The notes under the pieces: generated by a model
Told to the model about the DNA's origin: nothing
The model's input: the letters and a program-made list of their open reading frames with translations, nothing else
The model's database searches: none
Shown: piece by piece, positions 13,517 to 27,800 of the stretch
Layout: every line of letters starts with the position of its first letter
Numbering within the stretch: position 1 is the stretch's first letter
Program-made: the position numbers and the translations under genes
Assembly: GCA_051362555.1 (NCBI GenBank)
Contig: CM120645.1
Span: forward strand, 21,886,001 to 21,950,000
Length of the DNA stretch: 64,000 nucleotides
Direction of reading: 5' to 3'
From: Lingula anatina
Taxonomy: Eukaryota; Animalia; Brachiopoda

Positions 13517-14600
13517 TCACTTATAATTCATGTCAACCACAGTGCCTATGAAATTATCCATCTCAACAAAATCAGAAATGACAACATTGACGGTGGTCAG
13601 CCCACACCGCTTGGTGCACAGCCACTGATGGAGAGGTCCACACACTCTCTTGGCCACAGCATTTCTCAAATCCCCACACAGATTGGTGACCACTGTGGAG
13701 CTATCAGGTGTTAGGATGCCCTGCGTGACGTAAAAAGCACACGGGGAGCGTCCATGCCGGTAGTTCTGCTCTAAGAAGGTGATAAACTTGTTGATATCCA
13801 TTGTGTCTGGCCATGGAGACGGTATGGTGCATCCTGGCCACAGGTTTAGATGGTTTGTGACTATGTCATGATGATAAAACACCAGCACCTGAAGTCCATT
13901 CTCCCACAACATGTCCAGTGTCACGCTGTCCGTGTCCAGAAGTGGACAGAGTTTAGGACCAAAGATGTGCTGTATGAGAGATATACACTGTATGTGGTTC
14001 TCCTCATCCATGCTATAAAAGTGATTGAAGTCTAGTAGGACAATTTCTTTAGAGTGGTTGTCCAGAAACTGTGAGATGTCTTGTAGTTCCATCTCCATTT
14101 TTCTCCCGTACAGACCATGAACTGCATGAAGTTCTTGTGTGTCTTTTTTTAAAGTGACTCTTATATCAAAATATCTGAAATAAAATTGATACCAAATTAA
14201 AAGTTACTGTGGATGAATGTGCACATTTCAATTATGAGTATGGATAATTGTGTACTAATAAATAGCTGGTCATTTTGCTTTTTAAATTCTCTTTTAATCT
14301 GCATGGATGAGGGAAAAAGTGTTTAAATAATAGTTCTGATACTTAAGTGCATGAGATAAACTGTTAAGCATTATATATATATATATATATCTTTAAAAAT
14401 CCACATGGGAAAGAAAAATATTCCAAGATTCAATTAGAGGACAATCCCCCCCCCTTCCAAGGAAAGAAAATATACTCCTTTTGAATTAGCTATTTGAGGC
14501 ATTTTATACATTTCTCGAATATTTTACCAAATATAAGCAAAGTGACAGATAATGAAAAAAAAATTAAGTATTGGCTGTTAATCATAAGATTTAGGAGAGA

Positions 14601-14632
<32 letters not shown>

Positions 14633-15992
14633 ATCCTGAGATTCACATACCAGTACACTAATAACATCCACTAGTATTTTCAAGGTAATTCAGGCAATGC
14701 CTTACACATTTCTGGGAGAAATTATAAGTTCATGACGTTTGATTATACAGAATAATTACCATACCTTATCCCAGCCTTGAGCTGTTCCACTGTGTTAAGG
14801 CTCTGTGTTTTACTCCACTTGGCTATGATGGCCTTGGCAGTCCCAGGAAATAACTGCACCAGGGTCTTGACAAAAGGTAGGTTATCTGGGCCAATATCTC
14901 CTGTAACATCAAGACCCCAGCTAAAAGAATCATGTGTTCCTGAAGAAATAAAGAATAATTTTTTTTTTAATTTTCCAATAATATTAGGGAGCACAGATGA
15001 AAGTTGGTGGCACAAGTTGTTCAGCTTCAAGAACAGCCATAAAAACTGTTGCCAAAGTATCAGATTTCAACCTGTTATTACATTGTTTGCTGTATCTCAA
15101 CTAAGGCATCAGGAACAAGCATACATTGACACATTATTGAGAACAGGTGTAACTTCCTCTGTAGAATTGTTTTGTTGATCAAGGAAAGGTGGGAAGCGAA
15201 TTTTTTTCTGAAAAAAATCAGCAAAATTTGGCAAATATGCCACATAGCAAAACAAGGACTAAGATTTTTAACCAGCATCTGCATGTACCAGTGTAATTTT
15301 TGGGGAAATTTGGGCAAATATTTTTTAGTAATCTTTTGTTACCCCTCCCCCCCTTCTTGTACCCGCTTTAGACAATTTTAAAAGGTCATGTTCTCCTGCA
15401 ATAACACTGAAAGATACAATGTATCAATTTGTATTTCACCTCATAATGCACGCACTTGTGTCCCAAAATTTTATCACTTTGCCTAATTCACAAACATATC
15501 AGTTGCTTGGTAAAATCCTAGAATGAAAATTAAATTGGGTGTTCATGCGTAGCTCCTCTACTTCTTATGTGAGAAATTTCAAGTTTCTGTGATATTATTC
15601 AGGGAGTGAAAATCAAGTGGGGCAAGTTATGTTTTACTTTTGAAAGTGGCGCCTGAAAAAAAATTCAGACACGGTGTCACGAAAACTTAGATAACTTTTG
15701 ACCTAAATGAGGTAGATTAAATTTTTAATGGTTGATTATTCATACTTAAATATGTGACTATTTCTAGAAACTGGCCAAATTACAAGAAAAAAAAATCATG
15801 TGACGTGTGAACCCAAATCATATAAAATGATTTTACAAAAATGACTTCAAATTACCATAATTTCTCAATCGTCGTGAATACATTATTTCACAACTTACCG
15901 GGGATGGCAATGCTATTTAAGGATGAGGAATGTAAAGACTCTGGCAACCCTCCCATCCAATTTGCCATGTCTTTTCCACTGGGATAAGACAT
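13517..15992 (-). CDS. PLCXD: PI-PLC X domain-containing protein (PLCXD2/3-like), 3 exons, 308 aa
   Basis: Exons 15992-15899, 14939-14765 and 14174-13517 have GT-AG junctions with consistent phases and total 927 nt. The protein reads MSYPSGKDMANWMGGLPESLH..IAIPG|THDSFS...TQSLNTVEQLKAGIR|YFDIR..HGLYG..FLDNHSKEIVLLDFNHFY...FYVTQGILTP...NVVISDFV, which are the PLCXD family motifs. Confidence 0.95.
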
Positions 15993-16029
15993 TCTCAAAT
16001 TTGCAGGTGCAGTCTACTAGCTGGTTGTG

Positions 16030-16165
16030 AATGAAGGCGGAAGCTGTATTTTTTTGGTCCTCCAAATACAGAAAACTTCCAGGAAGTAGTCATTTTCTGG
16101 AAGAGCAAATGGCCAAAAAAATCAACACCTCACTTTGATTTACTTCGTTGAGAAATAGTGTAAGT
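16030..16165. promoter_or_regulatory. Putative bidirectional promoter and non-coding first exon between PLCXD and the PDZ-Roco gene
   Basis: GGCGGAAG (16036-16043) and palindromic ACTTCCAGGAAGT (16075-16087) ETS/STAT-like motifs. A plus-strand donor GTAAGT at 16160 could splice to the acceptor TTTTCAG ending at 17813. Confidence 0.45.
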
Positions 16166-16522
16166 GCTTTAATTTTACTTAATGTATTTTGTTTATTTAT
16201 GCTATTTGTTAGGTGTGGAGGGTGTAAACGTTTCAGGAAGCAAATAAATTCAGCATGAATCTGCGCGTTGCTTGGCGATATAGAAATGATTCCAAAAACA
16301 GATTCTGTCTCAATACGATTTTGTTATGTTAATTGCATTTATGAACAGCACTTATATGCAACTATACTGTTAGATATCTAAAGTGTGAAAATGACTGCTG
16401 AACAGCCTCTAGACAGAACAGAAATGTAGAATTTTAGATACCCTTAGGCTTAATTAAGTAGTGATACATGAACATGTGTTTGATATATTGCCCACACACA
16501 GGTAACAGGAGGGTATGACTAT

Positions 16523-16736
16523 GACCCCATTCCCAAAGATTAGATCGATCCAACTAGATCGACCTATCTCCCTGGGGGTTCACGCTAAATAGCTGTCAGC
16601 CTAGCAGGCACGAAAGTTAATTACCCCCTTACAGCTTGTAGTAGGTGGGACAGACATTTAAGTCGGATTTTCTGAAAGTAATCTAGTGAGACTCCCCACG
16701 GGGATAGATCGATCTAAAATTTATGGGAATGCGCCC
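16523..16736. mobile_element. PIF/Harbinger-type MITE, copy 1
   Basis: Ends GACCCCATTCCCAAA / TATGGGAATGCGCCC flanked by TAT/TAT; high similarity to 20471-20685 in inverted orientation. Confidence 0.75.
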
Positions 16737-16812
16737 TATAATGCGCAATACAGCAACACAGGGCAAAATACTAGAATAAAACTAGTCCAGTCGCGAATGA
16801 ACACAGGAAACG

Positions 16813-16815
<3 letters not shown>

Positions 16816-16879
<64 letters not shown>

Positions 16880-16886
16880 ATATATA
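16816..16886. repeat. (TA)n microsatellite
   Basis: Read directly; similar tracts lie at 19248-19321 and 40487-40538. Confidence 0.95.
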
Positions 16887-17842
16887 ACAAGCGTGAGTGT
16901 GGAACACAGTCCGGAGCATTTGTACACAATTAAAATTAATAAATAAATAAATAAACAAGAGACATGCAATAACCCCAACTTTGAGTTTCACGGGCATACC
17001 CAGAATGTATGCCCGATCGTCAGGAGGTTTATTTGGAAAATGTTAAAATATTTAGAAGCTTACATTTTCATTAATTTAATGGATTAAGCCCAGTTTCTCT
17101 TAAATTTCCATTATTGACTCACTGTCTTGTTTTCCAGTAGTGGCAGAAAGACTGCTTTTAAAATAAGTTTCAAGTTGGCTAAAACAAGAAAAAATTCCTT
17201 GCTCTACCCCTGTAAAAATTAAGTATTTTCAGAACCCATTAGCAATATTTCTTGATGTATTAACAGCCCATAACACAAAAGTATTCAGACAGGTATTTTA
17301 ATGTCACTGGTCAGTGCTTTCCCCAGTGGCCTCTTTATAGTGTCATTGTCTTAACTGAAGGCAAAATGTTTCAGATGAAAATGTTAATGTTCTTCTGTTA
17401 ATGTCTGTGGTAATGTGTAGGGACATTTCATGTCTGCTATAAGGTTATAAATCCTGTTGTCTGTAACCGCAGTGTCTGTGGCAAAAATTGCTCACTTGCA
17501 AAAGTCAGAAGAAGATGTAGAAGACAGGAAAAGGTTCAATCTTTGACTTTTAGACCTTCTGTACGTACTTGGCTGATCAGGTAAAAGTCAGACTTTTACA
17601 TGTGCCCTTGCTTCTAGTTATCAAACAGGCAAAATCAAAGGGCGCATTCAGATTCACATGTTGTACAAGCTGGGTCGGCCCAACTCTACAGAGAATATTT
17701 GATAGAATGCAGTCATTGGAATCAGATTAATCAGCAGTCGATAGTGACCCATGTTGAGGTTACTCATTCCAAACTGCCCCCAAGTTCAATAAAATAATTT
17801 TATATATTTTCAGAGCTAAAGAAGTGCATCACACATAATGTG

Positions 17843-19244
17843 ATGTCCCAGCCTCTGACAGACATCCAGCATTCTGAGATTTTATCCTGGATCCAACGCA
17901 ATCCTGATGCAGTGAAATGGAGTCTGCCATATTCCGTGACTTTGACCCCAGCAGAGGGAGCCCACAGAGGCTCACTGGGTATCAAGGTGGTCACCTTTAA
18001 GGTAAGAATATTATTGAATTTTTTTTTTTTTTGCATTTACTTGGACATATAAACCCCCCCCTTCCCCTTTTCTTGGCAATTTCAGGATTTTATGAAGGCC
18101 CATGTACTTTCATCTCTGAAATTTAGCTTTTTGTGATCATAACATACATAGTGACATTCATTTAATGTGTAGAATTAGACCAGAAGAATTTAAGTCATAA
18201 TCTAGAAGTTAATTGTTGTTCACACATGAAGCTTGTTTCTTTATTTAGGCCTAATGGGGTCCTGAAACTCTTACAGTTTTAGCAAAGTTGCTCAAAGGGT
18301 TAGCTGGGACGACATATAAAAATACCCAAAATGACCACTGATTTTCGTAGAAGAATACATTTCACATTACATAAATAGCATTGATAAAAATCAATGAAAT
18401 TGCTTAAAGTTATTTTCAGTAGGTTTTTTTTAAATTAAGTTTGATTAAAGCTGATAGCACTGTGTTCCAGGAGCTTTTGGCTATTGTCAGGGGCGGATTT
18501 AGGCCGTCTTCTGGGTCTTCTGGAAGACGGTCAGCTTTTTAAGTTTACACTGACGGGTATCTAATATTTTCTTTCGGAAGACGGTCAAAAATTGAAGACG
18601 AATTAACAAAGATAATTTGGAAGACTGTCAGAAAATATCTCTGGATCCGCCCCTGATTGTCCATATATTTGGTCACTCTTTTATGAAGGAAACTGGAGAA
18701 TTTTTTCTTCCTGGATGTCTACTAGTACATAATGGATTACCCTAGGATTTATAAACATGTATTTGGTATCCCAGATGAAATCCTTTTTTTTTTTTCATAC
18801 TATTGGAATTTTTGTTATTTCACTGTTAGTGTGTAAACACTTTATTCCAGAAGGTTGTTTTTTTTTTGTGTGTGTGTGTGTCATTTTGTAAAAGTGTTAT
18901 TTATCGCTGCATACACCCAGTTTGACACAGGACTTCCTTGTTTTTTGTAAGCTGCAGTCGCAGTTGTCATGATTTCAATTGATATGCAAACACCTTGATG
19001 TGGCCTGATCAATGTGTCATTTTGTATAGATTTAGATCTGTTTTTGATGTCCATGTCATTCTGAAAGGTACTCTGTCCAGGGGCTATCTGCCAAAATGAA
19101 TTTTCCTTTAAAAATTGTTCCTACTCTCAATCAGGCCATTGCTTGGCCAGTCCCTGCACTTGAATTCAATGATTCATTCCATTTTTTTAAAATAAATTTT
19201 ATTTAGTTCTGAATGACTTGACAGTCTTTGACAGTCATTAGGAT

Positions 19245-19324
<80 letters not shown>

Positions 19325-21571
19325 TTCTTGACTTTTAACGGAAAAGGTTTCATTTTCACTCCATTATGCAAGAAAATGGTGTATTGTTTTGTATTGCGGC
19401 CTTGTGTTATGTATATAGATGTTGCAAGCTGTCATGGCTACCTGAGAAGGCTGAGAAGATAAAAATGACACTAGCAATGCTTCAGATAAAAATTGAAAGG
19501 GATTTTATCGTCTTAAAGTTCTGAATTGTGAAACATAAGAATTAAGATTTTCAGGATCTATATATAACTGTGGGGAATTTTTTAATGCATGCAGAATACC
19601 TTTAAGTGTTATTTTTTTATTAAAATCTATAAATAGAATCTATGTAATGCACATCTTCCATTGTATAAAAGGAAAGATCATAAATTCAAAAAATTGTATT
19701 TGCCAAAAAATATTACTGTATTTATTCCAGCTATTACTGCGCACTAGTATGTGACCCCCTCCTTAAATAAAGATATTTATAGTGGGATTTCCTCCACTGA
19801 ATCATTATTCAGAAAGTCTTAACAATAATTATGACTCAGAACTATTTAAATGTTGTAGAGACCAATTAAATTCATTGTACAGGGTACATTGTGGTCTAAC
19901 TCAGGTGGAAGGTTGGAAGCATCTTTTTATTTAAGAAGGACTTATAGCTGGAGTTATTTAAACTTAGAAAATCACCTAGCTTCATGAACTTAAAGGGTAA
20001 GTGGTAGATATTATTCAATACTAAAACAGAATATTATTATCATTGGACATCAATGTATTTTAAAGATATATATGTCAGTCAAGCGGTTTAATGATCTCCG
20101 TTTGCCAGCGGCTAGTAGTTATAATATTTTTGTAAATTACAAGTACTGTAAAGCCACTAGCTTGTTTTATTCACTGCTTCTACATGTGTGTAGCTTTAGT
20201 TTCTGTGATCATTAAAAACTGTTTTGCACATGGCAGATTTTATGGACAGTCTTATGTACGCTTTGAATATCTAAACACTGTAATCACACTCACTGAATTT
20301 TAATTATATAATCAGCCACTGTTGAAAATCTTCCTACCAGCCTGTAGAAGAAATGGAATTCATCAGACGTAGCCTATATTGCCATTGGGCTTTTGCCATT
20401 GTGTGATATCATCCACTGCTCTTGGACCCCATTCCCATAGAACTAGATTGGTCTAGCAGTATAGACCTTAGGCTCTATTCCCATAGATTTTAGATAGATC
20501 TATCCCCGCGGGGAGTCTCACTAGATTACTTTCAGATAATCCGACTTAAATGTCCGTCCCGCCTACTACAAGCTGTAAGGGGGTAATTAACTTTCGTGTC
20601 CGCCCGGCTGACAGCTATTTAGCGTGAACCCCCAGGGAGTTAGGTCGATCTAAAGTAGGTCGATCTAATCTATGGAAATGGGGTGTTAGAGTCGTGTATT
20701 ACTGATTATTGGGTCAGTCGAGTGTAGACCTGGCTTAAAGTTGTCTAAGATTGTCAATCAAGAGCATGGAAATAATTGTTAGGTGGGATCTTAAAAACTG
20801 AGCACCTGCCACTTTAGTGCATACATGTCCTAACATTGTCAGTGGTCTTGAAAAATGGGAATTCATGCTTTAGAAATCCTCTAAATGTCGGTTGCAGTTA
20901 TGAAAAAAAGATGAATCATTGCACAATTGTATTTGGGTCATTTCAACTGAGTTGTTAGGTGCAATCTACAGTACTTCCTGGTTTTTACACTTACATATGA
21001 TCTTTATAATTGCAGCACATACCATACTATAAAACTTGAAATGGGCATTTCAGGTTGTATACAATTGAAAATTGCAAATGACAACAATTTACAGCCTCTC
21101 AAAAACTTTTCTTTTTTCTGCATTTGGTCAACAGCTACATTATTTAAAAACAAGTTGATTGAAAATAAATGTGCATAATTTTACACCTTCAAGCAATGTA
21201 ACACACCTTCATATAATTTGCCCTGTATTTCTTGGTATTCTCTGCTAAAAGTGCCAAAATAAACAATTTCTTATCTTACCAAGCTGTTTAAAAATCTGCT
21301 TCTTCTTGGCACTCACGTGTCAGCTTCCAAGTACCTTCAGCTAAAAATGATCAGCAAGCTTAACTTCCTATACCACTTGATGTCACATTGACTTCAGGCA
21401 TCCGGTTTTGGGGGAAGATATTCCTCATACTAACTTTCAGTACTCAGATGGCATGTATTCTTGTTAAATAATGCTGTCACCCTTGAAAAATCTGACAATA
21501 GCCCTGTGTGTGTACAACTTGTCCTGTCTGATCTGAATGTCATATGGTAAAAGAAGCATATTGTATACATG

Positions 21572-21618
<47 letters not shown>

Positions 21619-21797
21619 GTGTGTATGTGTGTGTATGTGTGTGTGTGACACTGTGTGTGTGTGTTGGGAGGGGAGGGGGGGATAAGTGGAAATCTGCCAA
21701 AAAAAAACAAAAAACAAAAGTGATAGACCAATTATTTAAACACCCTAAAACTGCTCAGTTTTACATTTAAAACCACAAAAGATACTAAAAAACTGGT

Positions 21798-21836
<39 letters not shown>

Positions 21837-24800
21837 CAATAAAAGTATTATAGTAGTAGGTACTAGTATAACAGAGACATGCCTCTCCATCAACCAACAG
21901 AAAGGTCAATAATTACTAACAGCAACACAATGCAAATGGAAAGAATCCATTATAACCAGATCAATGTGAAAGCCTTGATATAGTGATTAAGCTGCTCACA
22001 CTGCACAGTGCACTGTATATTTGTATTGAGCTTTTTGATAGCCAGCGATGCTGTAATTACCATACAGCATTTAGTCGTAGGAGTGATGGATTGGGGATGG
22101 ACAGGACAGAATCAGTGCTTGGAAAATTCAAGGTACCTTTTCTTATATTAATTACTGGTGGTTTAGTATTTTTTAGACAAAAATACAGTGGGACAAGTAC
22201 ACTGTATAATGCTTGCATGTATTTTATAGTTCAATGAGGGAAGTATAGATTCAAGGTATGATTTATACTGACAGAGGTGATTCTGAACCAAGTTAGGTCA
22301 TAACAACTCTACCAGATGGCTGGCTAACTTAAAGATCTCTATGGACAGTTTCACAAAAGAGCTGTAGTCAAAAGTTGGCCTTAGGTTAATGACCAAATAA
22401 TTTAAGCTTACATGCAGTGAATACAAGGTGTAATCTACATTGAAGTTGGATAGATACAGTAAGTGTTTGTCTACTACCGTAGAGAAGCAACTGTATGTTT
22501 CGTAGATTAATTGACCACTACTTGTTTTGGCCAAACAGATCCAGAACTCCCAATATAGGTGCATTATCTCTACTTTTAAGATTTATTCCTCTGTTGATGT
22601 GAAATCCAACGTAATTTTCAATCTTGGAGTTTTATTTTATGAAATCTCTCTCATCTCCCTCTCTTCGCTATGTCTCACTTTCTCTCTGTCTTTTCCCTCT
22701 CTCTGTTCTCTCTCTCTCTCTCTCACTTTCTCTCTCTCTCTCTCTCTCCCCCCTCCCAAGATGATATACTTCACTTGAGAATCCACCTGTCTAGACATTG
22801 TCTTGGAATATCATTAATTGTTAGCAGCTGGGTGGTAAACATTGCACATTATACAGATTAAAAAACAATTCTTACAAGTCATGTTAAAAATATACAAAAA
22901 CAATGTAGATTTCTCCTAAGGCTAATCAATCACTTGAAGGTTTCAGCCTACAAATCAGTTCCACTGGAATCAATGGGTCATTTGGTGTAAGTATGAACTG
23001 GGCTCATTTTATCATGATCTGATTGACTCATCATTCCAACATATGAAAAGGCTATTGGAATATGCTCTGTGAATCATATGAAACTCATGGCCTCTCTGTG
23101 TATTTTCTAGAGCACTTTTCGCCCCAAGGAGACTTATACAGTCATTCGAAGGATTGACCCTTGGTGCGACATCAGAGGCACAATTTCGCTGGACGTTGGA
23201 GATCGGATTTTGATCGTCAACAAAGAACCAGTAACAAACATGTCTATACAGAGCGTTGTCACGACTATCAAGAATTCTGTCATGTCTGGATTCCGAAGGG
23301 TTTCTCTGAGTTTGAGTAAACCCGAAGGTTTCTTACCACTGGACTCAACGGAACCGGAGGATATGAGAGTAAGGCCGTCGAATTCCTACGGCTCATTGGC
23401 CTCGGACAAGGTACCCTGTGCTTCAGTTAATATGGACTCTAGAGACTATGGATTTCAGCAGAGGGTCAGTGATTTGGACAGTGATGCTAGTTTGTCACTG
23501 TCCAGTTTGTCCTTTGACAAGGGTCAGGTGAATACGCTGACCAGTGCTAGTACGAGTAGTAGTAGCAGCTCTAGTTATTGGAGTCCAGATAGCGCTTCTG
23601 GGTATGAGAAACTGAGGTCACAGTCACTTGATCAATTGGACACTGACTCCCCAGAAAAGAGCAAAGATGGTAAAGATCAAAACGGAGATGTGCAAAATGA
23701 CAACAGGGTCATTAAAGATGGCACCAGTTCCACGTACAATAATGACACTCTCAGACCAGCAAACATACACTTGGCGCCATCTATTTCATCGTCCTTCTCT
23801 ACCTCGACCTCCAGTCACTCAGCTACATACTTTGGCTACACCGAGAAGTCACGCCAGGACTCCACGTTATCTCTGGATACAAGCAGCGGTGTTGTCAGCC
23901 CCAACAGCCTCCAGGGACAAGACAGCTTATACAGCATTGAGACAGTATTCAATTCTGCTGACTCATCCACTTCCTCTGGGAGCGAGGAGAGCACTAAGAC
24001 GACAGCTAATAAGGTAATGGTGTGTATTGCAACACATTATAATTTTTGACGTGAAAGTGGAATTGAAATCGTTTGCTCATTCATGTTTGTTGCTGTATGT
24101 TTTGCATTAACAGCAATCATTTTAAGTAACATCCAGTATTTCTGATCATGACATGCAAAAATCTTTATTTTAGGAGTGATCAATAAAATGCTGGCAGTGG
24201 CCTAGTCATCTGCTTATTTGGTTGATAAAATTTTATTTTTAGAAATTAGATATATATTCATACATATGTATCTTATAAAAATAAACATTTTGGCCCCACC
24301 TTTCATTATTAGTAGGTTGATTTTTCACAAAAGATATGATGTCGCCCTCCCTTTAGGATACTCCAACCAGGACATGAGAAGAATTAACTGCATTATCACC
24401 AAATTGGAGGCATTTCACAAGAAAATGTTTTTATATATTGCATATTTTCCTGTGACTTATCCCTAAAACTGGTTCGTCATGTTTTTCCTGTATAAGCCTC
24501 AGAGGTATATGTCTTACAGATTTATTCGGTAATTCAGATATATGTAAAAACTTAAAATTGGGACTCTAAAATAAAAAGCATGTTTGTGAATGTTTATGTT
24601 TTGATCACATTGTCTGTAGGTTTCATTGCCATAGCCAGTGCCATCCAAGACATCTATTCAGAAACACCCAAATTGTATTTTTTATTATAATATTATTATT
24701 TTATTTTAAATATTTGACTGGCTTTCTGTGGGAAAAATTAAGGCATGTTTCTTTCAAAAATTAACATGATCAGTTTTTCAAAATTATTTTATTTAATTAT

Positions 24801-27800
24801 TTATTTTTCTTTTTTTTTTTTTTGTCTCTTTTTTTTTTTTTTTTTTTGTCAACTTTTGGCGATAAGTGACAAGCGATATTTTTGTTTTACTTCAATTTCA
24901 AATTAGTGATTTTTTATGGGGGACGGGGGGTTAGAAAGCAGGTTTTCTTTGGAAAATCAGTATGTCATTGATTGCATTATATTTCACAAAAAAAAAAAAA
25001 AAAAAAAAAAAATCATTACCTTTTTTTTTTTTCATATAGTTTGGTGATGTTCACCCCACAAGTGGCAAACTGTAATTATAGTTTTGCTTCAATTCTGCTG
25101 ATTGGATTTGATTTACTTCTTAAAAAGGCAGATTTCCTGCTAAAACAAAGTTTTTTTTTTCTTTTTTGCCAAGACGTCTATTCCTGGTTGATGTCTATAT
25201 AATATTTGCCATTACGTTGCATAACAACTGAGTTTCTGTAGTGCTAATTAACTGTGTTAATTGGTCTGTGTATAGTGTCCAGATGTTTGCCCTACCTGCG
25301 GCTCTGAGCTGAAACCAACAGAAGAAGACAAAGTGGACCTTGCTTCCCTCACTTTGGAAAATCCTTTGAAAATTGTGTGGGATGATAAGCCAAGGGTAGT
25401 GAACCTGAAGAAAACCTCGGGGCCCACCTCAGGCAAGTTGGGGTTCACTTTCAAGACCAAGCTAGTCAAGGTAAGAACAGTATTTTTTTAAGCAAATATA
25501 TTTGGGTTGAAGGCTTCCACAATTTTGACTTCAATATAATAGGAATGGGATTCTAAGCTTTCAGTTGTTGATTTAAACAATTTACTTTTTTTTTGTAAAA
25601 TACATTGAGTTTTCTTTTGTGTTTTGAGTAAATGACCCTACAAAGTTATTTCCCAGTTAGGATAAAAAAATGAAACAAAAAAAGGATCTGTAGTAAGATC
25701 AATATTCTTGCTCTCTTGATCCTTTTATGGTTTACATGATATATGTATATTATAAGCATCTTTTAACCAAATCTCCATATTGAATTTCACAGGACAAGAA
25801 TAGCAACAGGACAATAGAAGTCTATGCCCTGGTGGAGACAGTACAAGAAGGTGGGGCCGCCGCGGGACTGCTCCAGCGCGGAGACTGCATACTCTCTGTG
25901 AATGGAGAGGCTATCAGCTGCTCCAGCCAAGAGGTAGTTTTTCTGTCTATGTGAGGATATATTTGTTAAGAATATTTTTAATGGTAAATGGAATATAAGT
26001 CAGTTGCCATGTTCATACTTGCAGAATATTAATCGGTGGGCTAGCTGTAATACAGTCAGGGTTTTTTTTTTTTTTTTTTTTTGTATAACATTTTCATTGT
26101 ATGTTTATGAATGTCCTTGTTTTTCAAGCATTTTTCTGCCATTTTCTCTATACATTTGCAGCGCTGCCTTAATTTTGAATTTTTTTAATTATCATTTTTG
26201 AAATAATTAATAATTTCTTTATGAACGATCACACCTCATGAATGTGTTAAACTATGATATATATTCAAATGCACTTTTTTTAAAGTCATCAAATTTATAT
26301 TATATTTTGCAAGGAATAGTAATACATATAAATTATTTCATGATATGTATTTTTAACTTCTAATGAATCAACTAATAGACTAAGTCTATATTTTATGTTT
26401 TAGGACATGAGTGGCATCCATCATGTTCAACGCATCAAAAAACTTACAGAATCGGGTGATGACGACAATGTCAAACTGGTAATACAAAGACCAGCAAGGG
26501 TCAAGGTCACCAAGAGAGGCCATGGGTCAAAGGAGAGGGGTCAAAGGTCAAAAGAGTCAACCCCTGAGAGGGACAGAGGTTGTACTTACACTGGTCAGTC
26601 TTCTAATCATTTAAACTGCAGGGCCAGTTCGCTGACCGCGAGAGGAGTAGGTGGGCCTGGGCAGTTAGAAAGTCCCACTGCTGTAAGTTCGGGAAGTTAT
26701 GAACTGGAAAGTTTAGAGAGCAGTTTGCACAGTGAAGAAGGAAGGTGTAGTGAATTCTGGACTGATAATATGATGCCACAGTCAAGAAAAGGTTTAATGA
26801 ATTCCCCTCGTCCCAGAAAGGAAGCAATTCTGACAAAGGGGAGGTTGGTAAAGATTCACAGAAGACAGAGATCAGACCCATTACGATTCTTCACTTCTTG
26901 CAGTTTTTACAGCAAAGGCAGACGACAAACAGTCTCAGAGACGAGCAGCATTTATTCAGTCAAACGTAAGGATAGTTCAACAAAAACAAAATTATTTATC
27001 AAGAAAGTGATCACCAAGGCGATCAGAGATGACATGGAGATATCTCCACACTTAAGATTAATCGTGTGTGGAAATCCTAGCGATTCCGTGGCCAGAATGG
27101 TGCTAGGGGTGAACAGAGATGTGGCACCCAGTGTGAGGCACCAGCTCTACAATCAGTACGATATCGCCATTCCACGGAGCGGGGCACCACTGCGCATGCA
27201 TTGCATGTCAGAAGACACGACAAAAGAGTTTGACAATCAGTACCTTGCAGCGCACATGGCTGAAAAGTTAGAGCAGCGTCCAGCTATTGCTGACCACCTT
27301 GCTATAATTGGACAGAAGCTAACACACTTGAAGTGGGTAGAAAGGGGTATCCCTGTAAAAAATATCGGACAATGTCTTTTGGAGGAGAAGCCAAAGCTTG
27401 TGGCTCACGTGAAAGTGATGTCAATGAAACAAGACAGTAGGTTAGCCAGGCTGACTTCCCACATAGTATTCTGTAAGCATGCTCTGTATCTGCTGACATT
27501 CTGTGTTGAGAAGTATGTGAAAAATCCAGAGGATGTACTGTGCAGTTTGCAGAATGATCTCGTCAAAATAAGAACATATGCAGGATCAGTGGTGCCTGTA
27601 TTTCTTGTAGCCACCGTCAGCAAAGATACCAGCATATCCAAGGACTTGCTCCTTAAAATGGGGAGTAACCTTGAACAGCATTTCAGAAGGGCGTTTTACA
27701 GTCACCTGGTCTACAACAAGGAAAGCGATCTACCATTGTTCACACTGTGCGACAATACAGAACAGAGCCCCTCCGCCATCTTGTCCGACATATCACAACT

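Noticed and set aside
16686-16978. ORFs with YIYI/IYIY runs (also 19174-19371, 40457-40687, and the HT/CV-repeat ORFs at 21430-21770)
   Set aside because: They are translations of (TA)n or (TG)n microsatellites.
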